Origin: Minisyncoccota bacterium
GTDB taxonomy: Bacteria; Patescibacteriota; Minisyncoccia; Phycocordibacterales; UBA9973
Assembly (NCBI GenBank): GCA_031413715.1
Contig: JANOFO010000003.1
Span: 11,047 to 75,046 of the forward strand
Direction: 5' to 3'
Length of the DNA stretch: 64,000 bases
The notes under the pieces are model-generated. The model did no database searches. It was not told the origin of the DNA and was given only the letters and a program-made list of their open reading frames with translations. How positions within the stretch are numbered: position 1 is the stretch's first letter; each line of letters opens with the position of its first letter. This document shows, piece by piece, positions 1 through 9,648 of the stretch. A program made the translations under genes and the position numbers.

Positions 1-538
1 CATTACTTGCAAGTGGTGCATAATATTTGATATATATATTGCCTGAGAAATAAGGCGCTTTATCAAAGATATAACCATCATCATTTATAAAATAACAATT
101 CTCCCCGATATCTGTGCTGAGCTCAGGCACATCTTTCCCGCAATAAAGATACGAGCCTGCTCGCTCTTCTATATTGATATGTATCGTATGTAAACCATCA
201 CGAGAAAGCGAAAGCTTCTCTATGCGAGGAAATTTGGAAAGAAGGTTGTTGTATATTGTATCCTTAGGATATATAAAAGTATTCGCCTTTGTAAAAAGCT
301 TTATATATTTACCTGCAAGTAATTCGCGAACTTTTGATTCAATATCAGATGTATTGATAATGCGAGTACCAGTGACAGTAATGTTGCTGATAAGAAAACG
401 TGCGTTACCAGAAAAATACGAAACTCCACCGATAATAGCTACAATGAGGATAGAGATGAGGATAGAGAAGCGCAAGCGTCGCCTGCGACGCTTGCGCTTC
501 ATGTCTTCCATACGTGGTGACGTAAGAATATCTTTCAT
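1..538 (-). CDS. ftsQ: Cell division protein FtsQ (POTRA-domain), N-terminal part; the C-terminus runs off the window
   Basis: Reverse-strand translation from the ATG at 538 gives MKDILTSPRMED...KRKRRRRRLRF, then a TM helix (ILISILIVAIIGG), then NITVTGTRIINTSDIESKV, a typical FtsQ POTRA start. No stop codon occurs before the window edge, which is why it is missing from the ORF track. Confidence 0.6.
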   Translation of the reverse strand, partial: MKDILTSPRMEDMKRKRRRRRLRFSILISILIVAIIGGVSYFSGNARFLISNITVTGTRIINTSDIESKVRELLAGKYIKLFTKANTFIYPKDTIYNNLLSKFPRIEKLSLSRDGLHTIHINIEERAGSYLYCGKDVPELSTDIGENCYFINDDGYIFDKAPYFSGNIYIKYYAPLASN

Positions 539-541
539 ATG

Positions 542-1807
542 CTATTTTGTGATAGTATCTTTGCCTATATATTTTTGCAAAACTTCTGGAATTTTTATAC
601 TGCCATCTGCCTGCTGAAAGTTTTCAACTAGTGAAACAAGAATGCGAGGGGTCGGGATCGCAGTAGCATTAAGAGAGTGAGCGTAATATATCTTGCCATT
701 CGCATCTTTATACCTCGTATTGAAACGGCGAGTTTGAAAATCGTGATAGTACGACGCGCTTGCAATTTCACGGTATTTACCTTCTTTAGGAACCCATAGA
801 TTTGTGTCATAGGATTTAACGTGAGCTCCTTTCATATCACCTCCGCATATTGCTACTTGTTGATATGGTATGCCGAGAGACTCTATGAATTCTTCGGTAT
901 TCCTATTCAATTCCTCATGGAACTTTACCGACTCTTCATGGCTTGCTTCACACAATATAAGCTGTTCAAGTTTATAAAACTCGTGAACCCGAATGAGGCC
1001 TTTGACATCTTTACTATGGCTTCCTGCTTCTCTTCTGTAGCATGGAGAAAAGGCCAAGTACCTTTTTGGCAGTTCAGTGTATGGAATTATTTCATCTGCG
1101 TGGTAAGCCATCATCGGCACCTCGGAAGTTCCTGCAAGATACTGGTCATCCTGGGTCTGAAAAATATCTTCTGCATCGCCAGGTAAATGCCCAGTACCGT
1201 AGAAATATTCCTTATTCACTATTGCAGGTGCTATAAAAGGATTAAACTTTTTCTTTAAGAAAAACTCCATCGCATAATTCCAGATTGCCCATGAAAGCAA
1301 AGCTCCATCATTTTTAAGAAAATATCCTCGGAATCCATGAACTTTTGTTCCTCGTTCAAAGTCAACCATATCAAGCGCCGTCATAAGTTCAATATGATCT
1401 TTTGGTTCGAATGAAAAGACAGGCTTTTCTCCCCAGACCTTTAGCTCCTTATTGTCATCTTCGTCATTACCTTCTGGCACAGACATGTCAGGGATATTGG
1501 GAACTCTAAACATAAGCTCCTTCCATTCTTTCATAATCTCTCGAAGCGCTTCTTCTTTCTCTTTTAGTTCATCTTTGACTATGCGCATCTCTTCTATCAT
1601 CTGCGTACGCACAGCATGCTCTACATTGCCACCCATAGCAAGGCTCGCTTTATTCTGCTCAGCGCGCAAGGCTTCAACACGAGATAGTAACTCTAGCCGC
1701 TTATCATCAAGCACAATAAGCACATCAATATCCACTTCTATATGCTTTTTCTCGGCACCTGCTTTTACTATATCTTTATTCTCTCTAATAAATTTGATGT
1801 CTAACAT
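542..1807 (-). CDS. serS: Seryl-tRNA synthetase
   Basis: 421 aa. It has the N-terminal coiled-coil arm (MLDIKFIRENKD...LRAEQNKAS) followed by a class II catalytic core (..FSPCYRREAGS.., GDMKGAHVKSYDTNLW). Confidence 0.95.
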   Translation of the reverse strand: MLDIKFIRENKDIVKAGAEKKHIEVDIDVLIVLDDKRLELLSRVEALRAEQNKASLAMGGNVEHAVRTQMIEEMRIVKDELKEKEEALREIMKEWKELMFRVPNIPDMSVPEGNDEDDNKELKVWGEKPVFSFEPKDHIELMTALDMVDFERGTKVHGFRGYFLKNDGALLSWAIWNYAMEFFLKKKFNPFIAPAIVNKEYFYGTGHLPGDAEDIFQTQDDQYLAGTSEVPMMAYHADEIIPYTELPKRYLAFSPCYRREAGSHSKDVKGLIRVHEFYKLEQLILCEASHEESVKFHEELNRNTEEFIESLGIPYQQVAICGGDMKGAHVKSYDTNLWVPKEGKYREIASASYYHDFQTRRFNTRYKDANGKIYYAHSLNATAIPTPRILVSLVENFQQADGSIKIPEVLQKYIGKDTITK

Positions 1808-1897
1808 ATTTGTCCAGTATATAATGAGACACCGTTACAAGCAAATGGCGATTTGAGTTTAAAAAAAGATTAACACTGTATAGATACACTTACGAAT

Positions 1898-2761
1898 ATG
1901 GAAGAAATACGCGTATTACCGCCAAAAGAAATACCGAGAGCTCTTTTCGAAATCCCCCAGCCTCCGAAAAAACTTTACATCCGCGGGAATATGCCTCCAG
2001 ATGATTACATCTATCTCGCCGTTGTAGGATCACGCAAACACACTTCATACGGGAGAGATGTTTGCGAAAAATTAATCAAAGGACTCGCTGGCTATCCTAT
2101 TGTCATTGTATCCGGACTGGCGCTTGGTATGGATTCTATCGCACATCGCGCGGCATTATCTGCCGGACTCACAACGCTCGGGATGCCCGGATCCGGAATA
2201 GACAACAAGGCCTTGTATCCACGAAGCAATGCAGACCTCGCAGACGATATCGTAAGAAACGGAGGCTGTCTCATTTCTGAATATCCTCCAACAATGAAAG
2301 CTGAACTTTATACCTTCCCACAAAGAAACAGGCTGATGGCAGGAATATCAAAAGCGACTCTTGTCATAGAAGCGGCAGAAAAATCAGGTACGCTCATCAC
2401 CGCTCGAATGGCGCTCGACTACAATAGGGATGTGCTTGTCGTACCCGGATCAGTATTTTCAAATACATCGACAGGGACAAACAGATTAATCAGGCAAGGT
2501 GCAACACCCATAACAACAAGCGAAGAACTCTTGGAAGCTCTTGGATTCGAAATCGAGAAGCCCGAGAAAAGTGATGAAGAAAAGTATGGAGACTGTACAA
2601 AAGAAGAGAGAAAAATCATCGAGCTCCTCTCTGAACCGATAGAGCGCGACGAGCTCATACGCGAGTCAGGAATGGATACAGCAAGCGCCAACGCACTCCT
2701 TTCAATAATGGAAATAAAAGAACTGATTAAGGAAGAATTAGGGGAAATACGGAGAACATAA
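1898..2761 (+). CDS. dprA: DNA processing protein DprA/Smf
   Basis: 287 aa. Rossmann-like DprA core (YLAVVGSRKHTSYGRD...IVSGLALGMDSIAHRAAL...LISEYPP) plus a C-terminal wHTH region. Confidence 0.9.
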   Translation: MEEIRVLPPKEIPRALFEIPQPPKKLYIRGNMPPDDYIYLAVVGSRKHTSYGRDVCEKLIKGLAGYPIVIVSGLALGMDSIAHRAALSAGLTTLGMPGSGIDNKALYPRSNADLADDIVRNGGCLISEYPPTMKAELYTFPQRNRLMAGISKATLVIEAAEKSGTLITARMALDYNRDVLVVPGSVFSNTSTGTNRLIRQGATPITTSEELLEALGFEIEKPEKSDEEKYGDCTKEERKIIELLSEPIERDELIRESGMDTASANALLSIMEIKELIKEELGEIRRT

Positions 2762-2825
2762 GCACAAGATCTAGAGTATCACTTTCTGGCATATGCTGAA
2801 ATTTGATACTGTTTAATATTTACTA

Positions 2826-3470
2826 CTATCTATATAGCTCTGAAAACAAAGCGACTGTTTTTGCAAAATCTTTTTCAGCAACTATAAAAATTAGCTCTGT
2901 AGGTGTAGATACAAGTTCTTCTATGTTTATGCGAGCGCGGGCGGTTACCGCAAGGAGCGAAAAGAAAACATTTGGCATACCAAAAACTTCTGGACTGAAA
3001 GAAACTCCAATTGCTGCGAACCCGTGATTAATATATTTTGGTTTTATTTTAAAGTGTTTTAAAACCTTTCTTGCCATGTTAGATGAACAGATAACATCAA
3101 TCTCAGTTGTGCCTATAGTTATAGTAAAAAAATCTTCTTTGGACACAGATATGTTTTTATGAAGGGAGTCGAGTTCATGAATAAATTTATCGGTATTTTC
3201 GTACGTTATTTCTGAAAGAGGAAGTTTGGTTGTAATATTTTTTATAGCAACATCTTGTATGAGGGGTTTCTGCTTCTTGAATTCTTTCTTTAGGCGTGAC
3301 AGAGAGACTACGAGGCTAGTTATGGTTACTTCCTTCTTTGTCTCCATCTCTACAACCGGTCTTATTTTATGTGCATAACTGGACATATTCATATAGCCTT
3401 CAGTAAGTGCACTGTAGGCCTCCAGCTCTTTTAGCACCACCTCTCGGACAATTGACTGAATTTTGATCAT
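2826..3470 (-). CDS. Hypothetical protein with an ACT-like C-terminal regulatory domain
   Basis: 214 aa. The C-terminal segment LLAVTARARINIEELVSTPTELIFIVAEKDFAKTVALFSELY resembles the ACT regulatory domain of aspartate kinases. No catalytic domain was recognised. Confidence 0.3.
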   Translation of the reverse strand: MIKIQSIVREVVLKELEAYSALTEGYMNMSSYAHKIRPVVEMETKKEVTITSLVVSLSRLKKEFKKQKPLIQDVAIKNITTKLPLSEITYENTDKFIHELDSLHKNISVSKEDFFTITIGTTEIDVICSSNMARKVLKHFKIKPKYINHGFAAIGVSFSPEVFGMPNVFFSLLAVTARARINIEELVSTPTELIFIVAEKDFAKTVALFSELYR

Positions 3471-3603
3471 ATTTTGGTATTTTAACAGATTTTACAAATA
3501 GTCCAAAATGACAGATCAATGTTAAAAAACTTAACTAATATATCGTAAAGACTTATCCTTAAGAAAAGAATCAAAATTATTTAACATTAAAAAGGAGGTC
3601 AAA

Positions 3604-3900
3604 ATGTGTAGTGCAAATACTGGCGAAAGAAAAAATGGAGAACGTCGTGATGACGAAGCAGATCAAAGAAGATTGAGGAAAGGTAAGGGGGCATTGAAAA
3701 TAATAACCATAAAGAGTTTCTGTCCTCATTGCAACAAAATGACAGAAACAATCAGAGTGGAATCCCCGAAGTGTGCAACTTATCTCTGTGTAGAATGTTG
3801 GCATGAACCTACAGTAAATACGAAATCAACTATATCTAAAAATGTGGTTGTTGGAGAATTAAGAAAATTGATTTCAGCTATAGAACAAAACACTTCTTAG
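3604..3900 (+). CDS. Small zinc-ribbon protein (CxxC...CxxC), hypothetical
   Basis: 98 aa. Strong RBS (aaaggaggtcaaaATG). Basic N-terminus followed by FCPHCNKM...CVECWH. A hairpin terminator follows. Confidence 0.4.
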   Translation: MCSANTGERKNGERRDDEADQRRLRKGKGALKIITIKSFCPHCNKMTETIRVESPKCATYLCVECWHEPTVNTKSTISKNVVVGELRKLISAIEQNTS

Positions 3901-3932
3901 GCTAGCAAAAATTCATTATTGCTAGCCTTTTT
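3900..3932 (+). terminator. Rho-independent terminator after the zinc-ribbon gene
   Basis: 9-bp stem ggctagcaa / ttgctagcc with a 10-nt loop, followed by TTTTT. Confidence 0.5.
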
Positions 3933-4118
3933 CATATATAATTGTAGCTATAATTTGCAAAAAAATTGAGGAGGTGTTACTAATAGAGGAAGTTATGATC
4001 CCGTTAGAAGTCATATATGTTATCTGAGGAAACGGGGTTATGAAAAGTTGTGAATTATTTTTTGATTTTATTATTTAATTTATGTACGGGAATCTAAAGG
4101 TTCCCTACTTCTAACGGG

Positions 4119-6389
4119 ATGAAGTTACTGATTGTCGAATCGCCATCAAAAGCAAAGACTATCGAGAAATATCTTGATGGGGCTTTCACTGTCCGTGCAT
4201 CTGTCGGACATATTCGTGACTTACCAAAATCAAATAAAGCGGCTATTGACATCCCTGCGGGATTTGTCCCCCATTACGAGATATCAAAAGGTAAAGAAAA
4301 AGTAGTTCACGAACTTACAACACTTGCAACGAGAGCAACTGAGATAATGCTCGCTACTGACCCTGATCGCGAAGGTGAGGCTATTGCTTGGCATATAGAA
4401 GAACTTTTAAACGCTGATAAGAAAGTCAAGGCTCCTATTAAAAGAGTTACATTCCATGAAATTACAAAAGAAGCTGTTGAAGAAGCATTGAAGTCTCCAC
4501 GAGACATTGATACCAATCTACGCAAAGCTCAAGAAGCACGCCGTGTGCTCGATCGGCTTGTTGGATATGACCTCTCGGGTATCATCTGGAAGAAAGTCCG
4601 CTACGGCTTGTCTGCTGGGCGAGTTCAATCCCCTGCTCTTCGGATCATTATGGAGCGTGAGCGTGAAATCCGTGCATTTATACCAGAGCAATACTGGATT
4701 CTTGAGGGGCTTTTCGAAACGCATAAGAAAGATAAACTGACACTATCATGCGTCGATGAACCTCGCGATAGAAAATTAGTAGAGAAAATATTAGAACAAG
4801 GTCAGAAAGAAAAATGGTATGTCAAAGATTTGAAAGCTTCTGAGCAGAAGCGTAGTCCTCGCGCTCCATTTACAACTTCAACTCTTCAACAGACTGCAAG
4901 CACGAGACTTGGATTTTCCCCTTCACGTACAATGCAAGTCGCCCAGAAACTTTATGAACAAGGATTTATCACATATATGCGTACTGATAGTACAAACCTT
5001 TCTGTTGTCGCATCTGGCCAAATACAAAAAGTAATAGAGAAAAAATATGGTAAAGATCAAGCCGAACCTCGAGTCTACAAAACAAAATCCAAGAATGCTC
5101 AAGAAGCCCACGAAGCTATTCGTCCGACTCATGTCGACTCTATGAATGAAGGTTCCAACGACGAGCAGAAAAGACTATATCGCCTCATTTGGGAGCGTAC
5201 AGTTTCTTCTCAGATGGTAGATGCAAAACTTATGAAAACAAAGATTGTGGCAAACATCTCCCACCCCCTCGCCCTATCGGGCACTCCCCCTCAGGCAGGG
5301 GGAGAAAAATTCCAGTTCCCAGACTTCACTGCCAACGGTTCGCGGGTACTCTCGCCCGGCTGGCTTGCATGTGAGACAGAAGCTCGTGGTGAAGATGTAG
5401 AGCTTCCTTTGGTTGAAATAGGTGAAGAGCTAAAACTTCTTGAATTAAAAGATACTGAGAAGGCAACAGAACCCCCGAACAGATACACCGAAGCAGGCCT
5501 TGTGAAAGAACTTGAAGCTCGTGGTATCGGACGTCCGAGTACTTATGCCTCTATTATGCGCACTATAGAAGAGCGTGGCTATGTAGAAAAAATTGGCAAG
5601 ACACTTCACCCAACTGATACCGGAGATGTGGTTTCAAGCTTTCTTGAAGCCAACTTTGCTGAATACATAAGTGATACATTTACAGCCGAGATGGAAGACG
5701 AACTTGATGATATTTCAAATGGAAAACGCGAATATGAAAAAACATTGAAAGACTTTTATATTCCATTCCAAAAAGATATTAAAGAGAAAGACAAACTAGC
5801 AAAAGCTACAAATATGGGTGAGGCACCAGAAGACATGAAATGTCCAAAATGTGGCGGTGATATGATCATCAAACTCGCACGTAATGGCAAGTTTTATTCC
5901 TGCGCTCGCTATCCAGATTGTGCCGGCGCGCGAACAATGGAAGGCAATGAACTTGAAGGACCAAAAGAGACTGGCGAAATGTGCCCGCTCTGCGGTGATA
6001 AAAAAGGTAAATCGGGTGGTGGAAAACTTGTAGTGCGCCAAGGTAAATTTGGTGCATTCGTTTCTTGTTCACGATATCCGAAATGCAAATTCATAAAAGA
6101 GGATGAAGAGGAGAAGAAAAAGAAGATGACTGATGTGACGTGTCCTACATGCAACAAAGGTAAAATGATGGAGCGCCGCGGACGCTTCGGTATATTCTAC
6201 TCATGTTCAAATTATCCTGACTGTAAGAACGCAATCAAAGCCAAACCTACTGGCAATATCTGCCCGTACTGCCAGTCGCTAATGATGGAAGGCACAAAGA
6301 CTATCCCAGAACGGTGCAGTAACAAGATGTGCAAAAATCACAACCCACACAAATTGGGTGATGATATAAAATCTAATAAGAAGAAATAA
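4119..6389 (+). CDS. topA: DNA topoisomerase I with three or four C-terminal Zn-ribbon modules
   Basis: 756 aa. TOPRIM N-terminus (LLIVESPSKAKTIEKYL...GHIRDL) and a type IA core (..QYWIL.., FITYMRTDS). Repeated CPxCG...C zinc ribbons at the C-terminus. Confidence 0.95.
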   Translation: MKLLIVESPSKAKTIEKYLDGAFTVRASVGHIRDLPKSNKAAIDIPAGFVPHYEISKGKEKVVHELTTLATRATEIMLATDPDREGEAIAWHIEELLNADKKVKAPIKRVTFHEITKEAVEEALKSPRDIDTNLRKAQEARRVLDRLVGYDLSGIIWKKVRYGLSAGRVQSPALRIIMEREREIRAFIPEQYWILEGLFETHKKDKLTLSCVDEPRDRKLVEKILEQGQKEKWYVKDLKASEQKRSPRAPFTTSTLQQTASTRLGFSPSRTMQVAQKLYEQGFITYMRTDSTNLSVVASGQIQKVIEKKYGKDQAEPRVYKTKSKNAQEAHEAIRPTHVDSMNEGSNDEQKRLYRLIWERTVSSQMVDAKLMKTKIVANISHPLALSGTPPQAGGEKFQFPDFTANGSRVLSPGWLACETEARGEDVELPLVEIGEELKLLELKDTEKATEPPNRYTEAGLVKELEARGIGRPSTYASIMRTIEERGYVEKIGKTLHPTDTGDVVSSFLEANFAEYISDTFTAEMEDELDDISNGKREYEKTLKDFYIPFQKDIKEKDKLAKATNMGEAPEDMKCPKCGGDMIIKLARNGKFYSCARYPDCAGARTMEGNELEGPKETGEMCPLCGDKKGKSGGGKLVVRQGKFGAFVSCSRYPKCKFIKEDEEEKKKKMTDVTCPTCNKGKMMERRGRFGIFYSCSNYPDCKNAIKAKPTGNICPYCQSLMMEGTKTIPERCSNKMCKNHNPHKLGDDIKSNKKK

Positions 6390-6428
6390 AAAAGGAACCT
6401 TTTTGAGGTCCCTTTTAAAAAATGATTA

Positions 6429-6890
6429 CTATCCAAGCAGCTCTTTAACAAGGCTAAGAGAATACCTGATCCCATACTCACCAGTACCAAAATCTCCTGA
6501 TGTACCATTACATTGATTATGACTCATATAAATCCAAAGTTTATTTACTATCTCACTAGTTAGATTAACTTTAGACCATCGAAAATTATAAATATGAGGT
6601 GTGCCTCTCAAGCTGCAATTATTTCTGACGATATCAAATTTAATTTCGCCGCTGGCATGTACATAGATAAGTTCAATCCTTTCCTTTTCCATATACTTAA
6701 GCAATTCTAATGGCTGATGGTAAAAACTATCATCATATTCAATGAGATACAGTATGGGCTGTTCTGAATAAGTCTTGCTCAGAACCAAATACTGTAGCTT
6801 GATTGATTCAAGAGGCCGAAAGGAAGTATCAAAATATCTTTTGATTGGGTCAGAAAGTATAACTTCCTTGACTGAAGATTTAATAGTCAT
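6429..6890 (-). CDS. Hypothetical protein in an AT-rich, isolated opposite-strand gene
   Basis: 153 aa with no recognisable motif. Local GC is clearly lower than in the flanking topA and rel genes. Confidence 0.4.
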   Translation of the reverse strand: MTIKSSVKEVILSDPIKRYFDTSFRPLESIKLQYLVLSKTYSEQPILYLIEYDDSFYHQPLELLKYMEKERIELIYVHASGEIKFDIVRNNCSLRGTPHIYNFRWSKVNLTSEIVNKLWIYMSHNQCNGTSGDFGTGEYGIRYSLSLVKELLG

Positions 6891-6982
6891 GGTATAGAAG
6901 TTTTAATGTTTTTTAATAACGTTTAAATTCGACTTGATATTACCATTTTACTAAACTATGTCAATCGGCTATACTGAGTCAT

Positions 6983-8446
6983 ATGCCGAACATTGATGAA
7001 ATATTCTCTCTAATTCCCTCTATAGGTGCCAAAGGAAAAGCTATTATAAAAAAGGCGTATGACTTCGCGAACAAGGCTCATCATGGACAGCTCCGCAAGA
7101 GTGGCGAGCCGTACTTCACTCATGTCTTCAAGACTGCCAAGAACTTGGCGGATCTGGGTATGGGTCCGACCGTTATTACAGCTGGATTCTTGCATGATGT
7201 ATTAGAAGACACTAAAACAACAGAGGAAGAATTAACTAGAGAGTTCAATAAAGAAATTGTGTCTTTGGTCCAAGGTGTGACGAAACTTGGAACAGTCCGA
7301 TACAAAGGTATCGAACGCAATGTCGAGAATTTACGTAGATTTTTTGTATCGATGACGGAAGACTTGCGAGTGCTAGTGATAAAGCTCGCTGATCGACTCC
7401 ATAATATAGAAACCCTAGAGCATGTGCGACCTGATAAACAAAAACGCATCGCGCTTGAAACTTTGGAGGTTTATGCTCCTCTTGCCAATCGCCTATCGAT
7501 GGGCCGACTCAAGGGCCGACTGGAAGATGCAGCATTTAAATTTGCATATCCAAAAGAATACGAGCAAGTTCACAAAATGCTTCTTGCGAAAAAGGGAGTG
7601 GAGGAAAAATATTTAATCGAAGTTCGAGACGAGCTAATACAAAAACTAAAGAAAGATAGCATTGAAAATACGCATGTAGACTACCGACAGAAACATCTCT
7701 ACTCACTATGGAAGAAGCTAAAAAAGTATGACATGGACATCGGCAAGATATATGACATCTTGGCTTTGCGTGTAAAAGTAAACACAGTGGCAGATTGTTA
7801 CCATGTACTCGGGCTTATTCATGGAACATGGACACCACTGCCGAATCGCTTTAAAGATTATATTGCTACACCAAAATTAAACGGCTATCGTAGCCTGCAT
7901 ACGACGATATTCACTGGTACCGGAGGCATTGTGGAGATACAGATTCGCACTTACGAAATGCATAATGAAGCCGAGAATGGTATCGCGGCGCACTTTGCAT
8001 ACAAAGAAGGTAAAAATATAGATCTCGAACAATTTGAATGGGTACGGGAACTTCGTGACCTAAATGATATTAATGGAGACAAAAATAATCCTGAGAAATT
8101 TCTCAAGGACATCAAGATGGATTTCTTCAAGGATCGTGTATTCGTCTTTACTCCGAAGGGTGACATTATCGATTTGCCTGAAGATTCGAGCGTTATAGAT
8201 TTTGCTTATGCCATACATACAGATATAGGGAATCATGCCCAGGGTGCAAAGATTAATGGCAAGAATGTAGCTCTCCACACCAAGCTTCATACCAATGACA
8301 TTATCGAAGTCCAAGTAAATAAGAACGCAAATCCATCATCCAAGTGGCTTGATCATACAAAGACAGGACTTGCTAAAAAGCATATTAATGCGCACTTGAA
8401 ATCGCATAGTCTGCTTTCTAAATTCCTATCGTTTGGAAAGAGTTAA
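6983..8446 (+). CDS. rel: Short (p)ppGpp synthetase/hydrolase Rel (HD + synthetase + TGS domains; no C-terminal ACT/RRM)
   Basis: 487 aa. HD motif (HGQLRKSGEPYFTHV...GFLHDVLEDT). Synthetase block (RVKVNTVADCYHVLGLIHGTW...GYRSLHTTI). TGS domain (FVFTPKGDIIDLPEDSSVIDFAYAIHTDIG). Confidence 0.9.
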   Translation: MPNIDEIFSLIPSIGAKGKAIIKKAYDFANKAHHGQLRKSGEPYFTHVFKTAKNLADLGMGPTVITAGFLHDVLEDTKTTEEELTREFNKEIVSLVQGVTKLGTVRYKGIERNVENLRRFFVSMTEDLRVLVIKLADRLHNIETLEHVRPDKQKRIALETLEVYAPLANRLSMGRLKGRLEDAAFKFAYPKEYEQVHKMLLAKKGVEEKYLIEVRDELIQKLKKDSIENTHVDYRQKHLYSLWKKLKKYDMDIGKIYDILALRVKVNTVADCYHVLGLIHGTWTPLPNRFKDYIATPKLNGYRSLHTTIFTGTGGIVEIQIRTYEMHNEAENGIAAHFAYKEGKNIDLEQFEWVRELRDLNDINGDKNNPEKFLKDIKMDFFKDRVFVFTPKGDIIDLPEDSSVIDFAYAIHTDIGNHAQGAKINGKNVALHTKLHTNDIIEVQVNKNANPSSKWLDHTKTGLAKKHINAHLKSHSLLSKFLSFGKS

Positions 8447-9465
8447 ATTGAGAAATTTTTGATGCTATAGAGATCCGCATCTTCGTCTGCTTGTTTGATC
8501 TCTTCTTTACTCCTATCATCCATAAGCTTTATATCATCCTCTATCGTAGAGACTACGAGTTCAGAGCTATTGTTATCGATTGGTGCTTCCTGTTCTTGTT
8601 TAGCGATAAAATTCTCTAGCATCTCGTTTGGATCTCGTTCTTTATTTGATTTAAGCAGATCAAGAATCATGCGAAGATCATCATTGGAAAAGAAATCGAT
8701 CATAATCTGCCCGCCGTTTTCTTTGCGGTCGATATGGACACGAGTACCCAAATGCTCTTGGAGTTTGTCTTCAAGGTCAGCAAGCTCTGGATCAGGCATA
8801 TATTCTTTCTTGCGAATACGATCGACAGCAATCTTGCGAGCGATCTTCTCAGCATCGCGGACTGTCATTTTTTTGAGCATGATTTCCTTAAAAAGCACCA
8901 TCTGCTCTTCGGGTCTATCCGCAAGCATGAGAATCGGTCTTGTGTGACCCTCGGTAATTTTACCGCCAGAGAGACCATCGAGAATCTCCTGCGGGAGTGA
9001 AAGCAAGCGTAATGTATTGGAAACATGCTCGCGACTTTTGCCGACCTTAGTGCCGATCTGCCCATGAGTAAATTTAAATTCTTCGTTAAGTCGGAAAAAA
9101 GCACGAGCACGTTCGACAGAATTGAGGTCTTCACGTTGCAGGTTTTCTATAATTGCAAGCTCGAGCTTGGCCATATTGTCATCGCCAACGCGAATAATGA
9201 CCGGTACTTGATCAAGCCCTGCCAGACGAGAAGCGCGCAAGCGACGCTCTCCGGCGATGAGTTCATATTCTACCGCAATGCCTCCATCTTCTTTCAAAAC
9301 TTCCATGCGTGATACGGTCAGAGGCTGAAGGACACCGTACTGGCGAATAGAGTCAGCGAGCTCGCTTAAGCGGCCTTCGTCGAACTCGCGACGTGGCTGA
9401 AAAGGATTGGGTTTGATCTTATCGACATCTATCCAAAAGATTGAATTACTATAAAGCTGTGACAT
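8443..9465 (-). CDS. parB: ParB/Spo0J-family partition protein; no adjacent parA
   Basis: 340 aa. ParB box (IFWIDVDKIKPNPFQPRREFDEGRLSELADSIRQYGVLQPLTV...IAGERRLRASRLAGLDQVPVII). Its end overlaps the rel stop codon by 4 nt (convergent genes). Confidence 0.85.
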   Translation of the reverse strand: MSQLYSNSIFWIDVDKIKPNPFQPRREFDEGRLSELADSIRQYGVLQPLTVSRMEVLKEDGGIAVEYELIAGERRLRASRLAGLDQVPVIIRVGDDNMAKLELAIIENLQREDLNSVERARAFFRLNEEFKFTHGQIGTKVGKSREHVSNTLRLLSLPQEILDGLSGGKITEGHTRPILMLADRPEEQMVLFKEIMLKKMTVRDAEKIARKIAVDRIRKKEYMPDPELADLEDKLQEHLGTRVHIDRKENGGQIMIDFFSNDDLRMILDLLKSNKERDPNEMLENFIAKQEQEAPIDNNSSELVVSTIEDDIKLMDDRSKEEIKQADEDADLYSIKNFSI

Positions 9466-9494
9466 AGGGCATATTTTATCATATTTTTATTGCA

Positions 9495-9523
9495 TTGAAA
9501 AATTGACTAAAACCATGTATACT
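9495..9523 (+). promoter_or_regulatory. Sigma70-like promoter for tRNA-Tyr
   Basis: TTGAAA-17 nt-TATACT, ending about 12 nt before the tRNA 5' end. Confidence 0.45.
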
Positions 9524-9534
9524 CCCCTTTGTAT

Positions 9535-9617
9535 GCGTCGGTGGTGGAGTGGTCTAACACATCAGACTGTAAATCTGACGGCCTTGGCCTTCGTTGGTTC
9601 GAATCCAACCCGGCGCA
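9535..9617 (+). tRNA. tRNA-Tyr (anticodon GTA); long variable arm; CCA not encoded
   Basis: Acceptor stem gcgtcgg/ccggcgc with one G-U pair. Anticodon loop gaCTGTAAAtc. Long variable arm (cggccttggccttcg). T-arm gttggTTCGAATccaac. Discriminator A. Confidence 0.85.
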
Positions 9618-9621
9618 CTAG

Positions 9622-9648
9622 AAAAAAAACGGCTTCGGCCGTTTTTTT
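9622..9648 (+). terminator. Rho-independent terminator after tRNA-Tyr
   Basis: acggc-ttcg-gccgt hairpin followed by a run of seven T. Confidence 0.6.

Noticed and set aside
174-617. 147-aa plus-strand ORF at the window start
   Set aside because: It lies antisense to a much better minus-strand reading frame encoding an FtsQ/POTRA protein. That frame runs off the window edge and so is missing from the ORF track. The plus-strand ORF has no motif and odd composition.
5283-5306. GC-rich hairpin (ctccccct-caggc-agggggag) inside topA coding sequence
   Set aside because: It lies wholly within a conserved TopA coding block (..TPPQAGGEKFQF..). This is most likely coincidental local GC enrichment, not a separate element.
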